Shown here: positions 16,511-23,040 of the stretch, one piece after another
Layout of the letters: every line of letters begins with the position of its first letter
How positions within the stretch are numbered: the first letter of the stretch is position 1
From: Candidatus Wirthbacteria bacterium CG2_30_54_11
GTDB lineage: Bacteria; Patescibacteriota; CG2-30-54-11
DNA: 23,040 nucleotides
Direction of reading: 5' to 3'
Assembly (NCBI GenBank): GCA_001873755.1
Contig: MNZT01000096.1
Location: 1-23,040 of the forward strand
Notes under the pieces: generated by a model
Database searches by the model: none
The model's input: the letters and a program-made list of their open reading frames with translations, nothing else
What the model was told of the DNA's origin: nothing
Program-made: the position numbers and the translations under genes

Positions 16511-17095
16511 ATGAGAGAACTTGATGCTGTCGCATCTTCCCGCCGTCTGGTAATCGTCAGGGTTTTCAGCATGGCTGCCTGTCTCGCCCTGACGGCTTTT
16601 GGCGCTCAGATACGGATTCCGCTCTGGTTCACCCCGGTGCCGGTGACCGGTCAGGTGTTCGGGGTGATCTGTACAGGATTGTTGCTTGATGCCAGGGCTG
16701 CAGTCAGCGTTCAATTTGCGTATGTATTTTTGGGAGTACTCGGTATCCCCTGGTTTACCAACGGCGGCGGGGGGGCAGGTTATCTGCTCGGACCGACCGG
16801 GGGCTATCTGGTTGGATTCATGGTTGCTGCCGGCGTTATCGCAGTGCTTCGCCAGAGAATATCTGGCATCACAGCTTCTCTGACCGGGGTCGCGGTCATT
16901 TATCTTGCCGGCACTATCTGGCTGGCGGTGTACCTCAATACGATTTCGCATATGCCTTTGTCGACGGCGCTGCCCAAAGCGTTCTGGCTGGGAGTCGCGC
17001 CGTTCTGGCTGGGCGATGTCGTAAAAGCAGTCTTGGCGACCCTGGTCTCGTCCCGCTTCAGCTCTCCATCAGGCCGAGCAGACAGGACTCAATGA
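16511..17095 (+). CDS. bioY: BioY-family biotin transporter substrate-binding protein
   Basis: [31 protein letters not shown]...[43 protein letters not shown]. Confidence 0.93.
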   Translation: MRELDAVASSRRLVIVRVFSMAACLALTAFGAQIRIPLWFTPVPVTGQVFGVICTGLLLDARAAVSVQFAYVFLGVLGIPWFTNGGGGAGYLLGPTGGYLVGFMVAAGVIAVLRQRISGITASLTGVAVIYLAGTIWLAVYLNTISHMPLSTALPKAFWLGVAPFWLGDVVKAVLATLVSSRFSSPSGRADRTQ

Positions 17096-18377
17096 GTTCA
17101 GGAGTATTGTCCCTGATGACATAGAGCGGTATTCCTTCTGACTCTGCCAGCCGGATGGAAGGGCCGCGGTTGCGGTAGAATTTTTTCTGGGCGAATACCA
17201 TATCCGCATCCTGTATGCGGGGCGCGATCCGGATATTCAGTCCGAGTCTCTGTCCTATAGCCTCGATGTGTTTACGGCTCACGCCGAGAGGGTAAATGGT
17301 ATAGAGGTGCGGTTCTGGAGCGGGAACTCCTTTGCTCCACAGATCGTGATCGTCGCGCGGCGCTATCAGCGGGGTATAGGATTCCCTGACGACGGTTCCG
17401 TCTGCTTTTCTCAATCTTTTTTCCCGGGCCGGCTCTGTTCCCCGCAGCAGCAGATCGACCGCCGCGGCGACCTCGGGATGGATGAGCAGATCGTCCCTGT
17501 CCAGAATCTCGATGACGATATCAAAGGTGGGCGGGGCTTTGCGTTCGAGGACTGACTTCTGGGTGCCGCGTCTCTTCGCTTCCTCGTCTCCGAGCGTGAC
17601 GCTCTGGATGCCGCCGACGAGGTCATTCAGGGTAGGGTTCTGTATGAGGTTTTCGAGTGTATTGCCGTGCGCAGTGGCGATGAGCTGGACGCCTCGTTCG
17701 GCGATGGTGCGGGCAGCTTCGGCTTCGTCAGTCGTGCCTATCTCGTCGATCACGATCACCTGCGGCATATGGTTTTCGACCGCTTCGATCATGATATGGT
17801 GCTGCTCTCTGGGATGGGTCACCTGCATGCGGCGGGCGCTGCCGATAGCGGGGTGAGGGATGTCGCCGTCTCCGGCGATCTCATTGGAGGTGTCGACGAT
17901 GACGACCCTTTTGTGCAGGTCGTCAGACAGGATGCGGGCGGTTTCTCTCAGGATGGTGGTTTTGCCCACCCCGGGCCGGCCGAGGATCAGGATGCTTTGG
18001 CCTGACTCGATGAGGTCGCGGATGATCTCGGCGGTGCCGAACACCGCTCTGCCGACCCGGCAGGTCAGCCCGATCACCTGGCCGCTGCGGTTCCTGAGGG
18101 CAGAGATGCGGTGGAGTGTCCGTTCGATACCGGCGCGGTTGTCGCCCCCGAATTCACCGAGATGTGTAGTCACATGAGAAATATCGGCAGGACTGACCAC
18201 AGTTTTGCCCAGGGCTGTTTCCCGGCCATCACAGCGGATGGTGGGGGTACGGCCCAGGTCCAGAATGACCTCGACGAGCTGATCGTGTCCTTTGATCTTC
18301 TGGAGGGCGGTGCGGATGCGGAGCGGCAGTATGGCCACGAAGAGCTTCAGGTCTGCCGAGGCGGTGCTTTTGGGCAT
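17058..18377 (-). CDS. SpoIIIAA/Ycf45-like AAA ATPase, possibly with an R3H-related C-terminal region
   Basis: [63 protein letters not shown]; [44 protein letters not shown]. Confidence 0.85.
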   Translation of the reverse strand: MPKSTASADLKLFVAILPLRIRTALQKIKGHDQLVEVILDLGRTPTIRCDGRETALGKTVVSPADISHVTTHLGEFGGDNRAGIERTLHRISALRNRSGQVIGLTCRVGRAVFGTAEIIRDLIESGQSILILGRPGVGKTTILRETARILSDDLHKRVVIVDTSNEIAGDGDIPHPAIGSARRMQVTHPREQHHIMIEAVENHMPQVIVIDEIGTTDEAEAARTIAERGVQLIATAHGNTLENLIQNPTLNDLVGGIQSVTLGDEEAKRRGTQKSVLERKAPPTFDIVIEILDRDDLLIHPEVAAAVDLLLRGTEPAREKRLRKADGTVVRESYTPLIAPRDDHDLWSKGVPAPEPHLYTIYPLGVSRKHIEAIGQRLGLNIRIAPRIQDADMVFAQKKFYRNRGPSIRLAESEGIPLYVIRDNTPELIESCLLGLMES

Positions 18378-18382
18378 ATGGC

Positions 18383-18904
18383 TTACCGTTCATAGACGAA
18401 TATGGGAAGGCGGTCAGTGTCAGGACGGTCTTCCGCCACGGGCGACCAGCCTGCCACCGGGAAACTGTAGGAGACAATCCTGGTCCCTTTGTTCAGCTCT
18501 GTTTCAAACTTGGGGCGCAACCGTTCGAGCGCATAGGGGTTCAGGAAGCAGAAGATGACATTGGCATCACGGAGGTCTGCTTTATAAAAGTCGGCCATAC
18601 GGATAGAAACCCGTTTTGCCTGGCCGCTCAGTAGTGTTTTCAGTCTGCATATCAGCACATGGACCGGCGAAAGTTCGTATCCGATGAGGGCTGAAGCTTT
18701 GGAGAATCTGGCGGCACCGAGCAGCAGCCGTCCGTCGCCGGCGCCCAGGTCGTAGACTGTATCGGTTGGCGATATTCTGCCGAGATCTACCATACGGCGG
18801 ACATCGCCGGCTTTGGTGGGGACAGGCGGGGCAGCGACGATGCTGCTGTAGACGAGCGGGAGGAAGAGCACACAGAAAATGATGAGCAGGACGAGTTCGG
18901 GCAT
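18383..18904 (-). CDS. Membrane-anchored class I SAM-dependent methyltransferase-like protein
   Basis: N-terminal [25 protein letters not shown]; [23 protein letters not shown] motif I. ATG at 18904 preceded by CGAGGA; the listed ORF extends upstream to 18970. Confidence 0.75.
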   Translation of the reverse strand: MPELVLLIIFCVLFLPLVYSSIVAAPPVPTKAGDVRRMVDLGRISPTDTVYDLGAGDGRLLLGAARFSKASALIGYELSPVHVLICRLKTLLSGQAKRVSIRMADFYKADLRDANVIFCFLNPYALERLRPKFETELNKGTRIVSYSFPVAGWSPVAEDRPDTDRLPIFVYER

Positions 18905-18932
18905 GGTCGGTATCCTCGAAAGAGGGGAAAGA

Positions 18933-20486
18933 TCAGTCAGGAATCCAAAGGTGCTGAGGCCAGGAATCATCAGAAGTGGAAGCTTCTTTGTGATAATTGG
19001 AGGTGATGGCCTGGCACAGTCCCTCGTTCATGCGACCTGCATCAGGTCGGGCCTGCGAGTTTTCAGTCTGACAAGAGTCGGAGAGCAGGATCAGCTTGAT
19101 GGTCTTGTCCTGTAACCGGAAGAGGATGGGAGAAGGATCGAAGAGACCATGTTCGATGAGCTGCATGAGTCCGAATGGATCCATCAGGTACTCAGTTTTC
19201 TCGGTCAGGGGCGCCCAGGACGGATCATCGCTGAGGAAAGGGCCATGGGAAGACTCGATCCGGTCAAGGAGCAGGCGATAAGCCGGGAGATCCTGCTGCA
19301 TGGTGGTGAAGTGGTGGGAAAGCGTTATCTGGGAGCCCAGGTACAAATATACCATACAGACAGTCATCAGGCCGAAGGCGAGTAACCGGTAGTGCTTCCG
19401 AGGGATCAGTGGGATCCGGGGCAGGGCTGAAGAGAGGTGTATACCCGAAAGGCGACTGAGGAGTGAGAGGCTGAGGAGAGAGGCAAAAGTGGTTTCGATA
19501 CTATGGTTTGTGGACGAGCCTGCTTTGCCCATATATACCGCAGACACCAGCAAAGAAAAAACAGGATAGAGGAGGCAAAAGGCGGTGACCGGGTCACGGC
19601 GGAGATAGAGAGCGACGGTTTTTTGTTTCAGCGCGCAATACCAGATGAAAAGTGGCAACAGTGGCACGGCGGATGTCAGGAGATACAGAAAACCATAAAT
19701 GGTCAGATCCCAGTGGCGGGTGTGAAGCGCATTTGCCGCGATCGTATGATCCACGAACCTGCCGCCGGTCATCTGGTTCAGGATCAGGAACGTACCGCAG
19801 GAAAAAATCATGAACACCAGACCGGGCAGATACCAGTTTTTCGGTCGCCGCCGGGAAATGAACTCCACGGTCATGAGCAGGAGCGGGGCGAGGAAAAACG
19901 TCTGTTTGGTGAATAAAGCAGCCACCAGACAGAGCATGCCGAGGCATTTGCCGGTCAGGCGAGAGGAGGTGAGGTAGAAGGTGATCCCCAGTGCTGTCCA
20001 CATGAGTGCCAGGATATCGACCCGGCTCAACAAACCCCAGAGAAGGAAAGGATATGAGGAGAGGAATCCGAGGAGTGAGAGCCAGGCGTACAGCGAACGT
20101 CCGGTCAGTCGCCTGATGAAGGTAAAAGTTGCCCCGAGCGTAACGGTCAAAGCAGCCAGGCTGATCAGGCGACCGGAGATGAAAGGATTGAGGTCAGGAA
20201 ACAACTCCAGACCCAGGGCGTGCAGTACGAAGAAGACCGGGGGGTAGGGCGTATGGATGTAAGGCGCCTGGGAAAATGGTGGGTACAAGGCACGCAGGTC
20301 ATGCGTATGCTTTAGTATCCGGGAGAGATATGCTATATGACCTTCACCATATTCCAGGCTGAAGGGATAGGTGATGAAATCCCAGCAACTCGTGAGGTAG
20401 CCCAGCAGGCACAGAGAGGTGATCGCCATGAGGGCATACTGCGAGAGGCGGGCAGGAGAGCGGAGAATACGACGAAAATCTGGCAT
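18933..20486 (-). CDS. Polytopic membrane glycosyltransferase-like protein (GT39/PMT_2-like)
   Basis: Many TM segments; EYGEGHIAYLSRIL and GLLSRVDILALMWTALGITFYL, KQTFFLAPLLL, resembling dolichyl-phosphate-mannose mannosyltransferase-type proteins. Confidence 0.6.
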   Translation of the reverse strand: MPDFRRILRSPARLSQYALMAITSLCLLGYLTSCWDFITYPFSLEYGEGHIAYLSRILKHTHDLRALYPPFSQAPYIHTPYPPVFFVLHALGLELFPDLNPFISGRLISLAALTVTLGATFTFIRRLTGRSLYAWLSLLGFLSSYPFLLWGLLSRVDILALMWTALGITFYLTSSRLTGKCLGMLCLVAALFTKQTFFLAPLLLMTVEFISRRRPKNWYLPGLVFMIFSCGTFLILNQMTGGRFVDHTIAANALHTRHWDLTIYGFLYLLTSAVPLLPLFIWYCALKQKTVALYLRRDPVTAFCLLYPVFSLLVSAVYMGKAGSSTNHSIETTFASLLSLSLLSRLSGIHLSSALPRIPLIPRKHYRLLAFGLMTVCMVYLYLGSQITLSHHFTTMQQDLPAYRLLLDRIESSHGPFLSDDPSWAPLTEKTEYLMDPFGLMQLIEHGLFDPSPILFRLQDKTIKLILLSDSCQTENSQARPDAGRMNEGLCQAITSNYHKEASTSDDSWPQHLWIPD

Positions 20487-20520
20487 TTTGCTTGGCTAAT
20501 GAACTGGGATCGGGCAGGAG

Positions 20521-20545
20521 CCATAGTAAACCAGGGCGACTATGG
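20521..20545. promoter_or_regulatory. Perfect inverted repeat CCATAGT-N11-ACTATGG between divergent membrane glycosyltransferase genes (candidate operator)
   Basis: CCATAGT 20521-20527 and ACTATGG 20539-20545 in the divergent intergenic region. Confidence 0.3.
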
Positions 20546-20583
20546 AATCAAGGCAGAACTGCAGGATGTTTTGCAGATGGGGG

Positions 20584-22227
20584 ATGATGAGCGATAATGC
20601 GCGTATGCTCAACCTGAAGAAAAACTGGCCGTACATCCTCTTCTCAGGGATATTTCTGTTAACAGGGCTGTTTTACCTGCAGTTCGTCCACGTCAGGCCA
20701 ATATTTGACGGGGAAGTCTATCTGCGCGCCGTGGTCGATCTCATGCGTCAGGACTGGGACCTGATGGACCTCAATATTTTCAACCATCCGTCCATGGCGT
20801 ACATAGTCCTTTTCGCCCCGATCCGCCTGGTGAAAACACAGGTTGTCGAGGCGGTCAATCTGATCAATATCGCTCTGGCGCTGATGGGCGGTATTTTCTT
20901 TTATTTACTCGTCCGCGCTCTTTTTTTCCGGAGAGGGCACCAGGTGGAACACGCCCTGCTTACTCTGCTCCTCTGTCTGAATCCGCTTTTTGTTGCCTGT
21001 ATTTTCAATTTCAACCTAGATTTTCCAGTGACGATTTTTTCGGTTATCGCACTCTGCGCAATGGTCAGGCGTCAACGTCTCCTTTTTTTGCTGGCGGGCA
21101 TTTTCCTGGTTTTTTCCAAAGAAACAGGTATCCTAATTTATCTGCTCCTGGCGTTTTCTTTTGGCATCATGCGTGTGATCGAGGCGGCGAGGATACCGCA
21201 GCCCGCATCGGGAGGCAGGCTGAGGACCTGGCTTTGTATGCAGGTATCGTCCCCGAAATTATGGTTGCGGCAGCTCTGGAATGTGGTTTTTTATCTGTGT
21301 CCCATCTTTCTGCTGGAGTTGTATGTCTACTATCGTACGAGAGCCGGTTCGGGACAGGTTTTCTGGGAGGGGAATGGTCTCACTGGAAGCGGTTCGGTTT
21401 TCGTTTTCAACATCTTTGCCGAACTGCCGGCCAAGGTCACCCGGCTGGTTCAATTCTTCATTCTCAACAGTTCCTGGATACTGACCTTGAGTATTCTGAT
21501 CGGAGCAGGAGCTTTTGTACTGAGAACCCTGCGGCGCAGACGAACTGGTCGCATCTTGGCCGGGAGAAGTGACCTGTGGGCGATAGGCCTGGTGTTCCTC
21601 GGATATGTCTATGTCCTGACCAGCTTTGTCACCTTTTCCAATCCGCGGTATGTTCTGCCGGCGCTGCCTCTGCTGATCCTGTTGTTTTATCGTGCGCTCC
21701 TGGAGTTGATCCGGTCGTCTCAGGTGCGGGTTATTGTCATCTTCGTCATAGCTGTTTTCGCCGTAGTGCAGGTGTACCGTACCGTGGACCCGGTCTCCAT
21801 GCAGCTGTTGGGGACCGTGCAGGTCGGAGAACATGAGATGCTGGCCATGAACTCGTTCACGCATGAATTCGCCGGCCTCGCAGGGCGCGACCAGATCATC
21901 TACAACCTGGAGTACCGGTACCTGGGTGAGCTTGCCGATAGGATAGCTGACTTTGCCTATCACCAGGACGCCACCGTCGTCTTCAATGCCGATGCCGAAT
22001 CCTACCTTTTTGTCTCTGATACTGCGCCTGAGCGGGCGTATATCCAGTACCTGCCTCTCGTGGCAGACAGCATCCCGACCAAGCGCATCCTGTATATTAA
22101 TTTTCCCTTCATCGCTCCTATGGAGGCGGAACTTCCGACCGTGGGGCAGTTTTTTGACATCGGAAGCGAAGTGGTATTCGAACGCGACGGGTATGCGCTG
22201 CCGGCCTATGAACTCCTTCGCCGATAG
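20584..22227 (+). CDS. Polytopic membrane glycosyltransferase-like protein (PMT_2/ArnT-like)
   Basis: FDGEVYLRAVVDLMRQDWDLMDLNIFNHPSMAYIVL; FNLDFPVTIFSVIAL; VFSKETGILIYLLLAF; multiple TM segments. The ORF opens at 20542 and ATG 20584 is a likely start. Confidence 0.6.
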   Translation: MMSDNARMLNLKKNWPYILFSGIFLLTGLFYLQFVHVRPIFDGEVYLRAVVDLMRQDWDLMDLNIFNHPSMAYIVLFAPIRLVKTQVVEAVNLINIALALMGGIFFYLLVRALFFRRGHQVEHALLTLLLCLNPLFVACIFNFNLDFPVTIFSVIALCAMVRRQRLLFLLAGIFLVFSKETGILIYLLLAFSFGIMRVIEAARIPQPASGGRLRTWLCMQVSSPKLWLRQLWNVVFYLCPIFLLELYVYYRTRAGSGQVFWEGNGLTGSGSVFVFNIFAELPAKVTRLVQFFILNSSWILTLSILIGAGAFVLRTLRRRRTGRILAGRSDLWAIGLVFLGYVYVLTSFVTFSNPRYVLPALPLLILLFYRALLELIRSSQVRVIVIFVIAVFAVVQVYRTVDPVSMQLLGTVQVGEHEMLAMNSFTHEFAGLAGRDQIIYNLEYRYLGELADRIADFAYHQDATVVFNADAESYLFVSDTAPERAYIQYLPLVADSIPTKRILYINFPFIAPMEAELPTVGQFFDIGSEVVFERDGYALPAYELLRR

Positions 22228-22356
22228 GCCCTGATTATTTTTTTGCGCCTCCTTATATTCGTGACCGGTTTCTGGTATCATCTGCGCAACCTCTGCTGGC
22301 GATCTTCTGCTCACCGTGCAGGCAAGTCCCAATCCATTTATGCAAAAGGATACGAC

Positions 22357-23040
22357 ATGAGTACGGACGACAGGATCCATGCGATCTTTCCGAGGCTCGA
22401 CGACATACCGGCTGAATTCAGGATGCAGCCGATCAGACAGGAAAATTATCTGGTCAATGGCGAATTGCGATCCTGGCACGGGGCGTCCCTGGATGTGCTT
22501 TCTCCGCTCTATGTGCAGTCACCGGAAGGTCTGCAGAGATTTGTGATCGGGTCCTGTCCGGACCTGGGTGTCAAAGAGGTGGGGGAAGTCGTGGAGGCGG
22601 CCACCGCAGCCTATGACCGGGGACGGGGGGAATGGCCCACCATGCCGGTAGAGGGCAGGATCAGGCAGGTGGAGAATTTTGTCTATCAGATGAAGTCGAA
22701 ACGCTCTGAGATCATCAATATCCTCATGTGGTCCATAGGCAAAACCCTGCCGGACTGCGAAAAGGAATTTGACCGCACCGTCCAGTATGTGAATGACACC
22801 ATCGACGCGCTGAAGGATGTCGATCGGGTCGCGTCGAAATTCCGTATAGAAGAAGGGGTGATAGGCCAGATACGGCAGGCCCCGCTCGGGGTCGTGCTTT
22901 GCATGGGTCCTTTCAATTATCCGCTGAATGAGACATTTTCCCTGTTCATACCTGCGCTCATCATGGGCAATACCATCATCCTGCGCGCCCCTCATCAGGG
23001 TTCTCTCGTCCTTTATCCACTGCTGGAGTTATTTGCCTCC
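22357..23040 (+). CDS. GapN-like NADP-dependent aldehyde dehydrogenase, truncated by window end
   Basis: Manual translation from ATG 22357 is open to the window end (228 codons): MSTDDRIHAIFPRLDDIPAEF...QAPLGVVLCMGPFNYPLNETFSLFIPALIMGNTIILRAPHQGSLVLYPLLELFAS. It is absent from the supplied track because there is no stop in the window. Confidence 0.85.
   Translation, partial: MSTDDRIHAIFPRLDDIPAEFRMQPIRQENYLVNGELRSWHGASLDVLSPLYVQSPEGLQRFVIGSCPDLGVKEVGEVVEAATAAYDRGRGEWPTMPVEGRIRQVENFVYQMKSKRSEIINILMWSIGKTLPDCEKEFDRTVQYVNDTIDALKDVDRVASKFRIEEGVIGQIRQAPLGVVLCMGPFNYPLNETFSLFIPALIMGNTIILRAPHQGSLVLYPLLELFAS

Noticed and set aside
17058-18377. Evidence for sporulation from the SpoIIIAA-like ATPase
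   Set aside because: This ATPase family also occurs in non-sporulating bacteria and plastids, and no other sporulation genes are present in the window.
17268-18395. Several plus-strand ORFs (94-124 aa) inside the ATPase region
   Set aside because: The minus-strand ATPase has clear Walker A/B motifs throughout; the plus ORFs are low-complexity shadows.
22228-22260. T-run (ATTATTTTTTTG) after the plus-strand glycosyltransferase as a rho-independent terminator
   Set aside because: I could not find a strong GC-rich hairpin immediately upstream of the T-run, so the evidence is too weak.
21259-22479. 406-aa minus-strand ORF opposite the membrane glycosyltransferase and the ALDH start
   Set aside because: Spans two plus-strand genes, Gln/Arg/His-rich with no domain signal; the plus-strand proteins are much better supported.
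1-23040. CRISPR arrays, transposases, phage genes, toxin-antitoxin or classical defence systems
   Set aside because: I saw no regularly spaced direct repeats, transposase/integrase motifs or recognised defence domains in the supplied translations.

Overview
Most of this window reads as metabolic operons from an unidentified bacterium. Plus-strand block 1: a branched-chain-type 2-oxoacid:ferredoxin oxidoreductase (alpha, beta, gamma) with a PAP2-family gene between alpha and beta, then an EamA/DMT transporter and an HD-domain protein. Plus-strand block 2 (4.9-17.1 kb, very tight junctions, several ATGA/TGATG overlaps): archaeal-type HMG-CoA synthase, bacterial PH-domain membrane protein, SCP-x/archaeal-type thiolase homolog, DUF35 Zn-ribbon/OB protein, two class I (Gct-like) CoA-transferase alpha/beta pairs, a LytR_C-like membrane protein inside the first pair, biotin carboxylase, NadD-like protein, PccB-like carboxyltransferase, BCCP-like protein and BioY. 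The rest: minus-strand SpoIIIAA/R3H ATPase, methyltransferase and membrane glycosyltransferase; a divergent plus-strand membrane glycosyltransferase; and the 5' end of a GapN-like aldehyde dehydrogenase. The main discovery candidate is block 2. It combines the archaeal HMGS/thiolase/DUF35 set with two Gct-like heterodimers and a three-component carboxylase, and several members lack signature catalytic residues by motif reading: thiolase Cys->Asp, both CoA-transferase beta subunits without the catalytic Glu (one Cys, one Arg/His), and the NadD-like protein without HxGH. A plausible reading is a non-canonical HMG-CoA/3-methylglutaconyl-CoA (isovaleryl-CoA-type) acyl-CoA pathway. No enzymatic function can be proven from sequence alone, and the motif alignments were made by eye from remembered family motifs.
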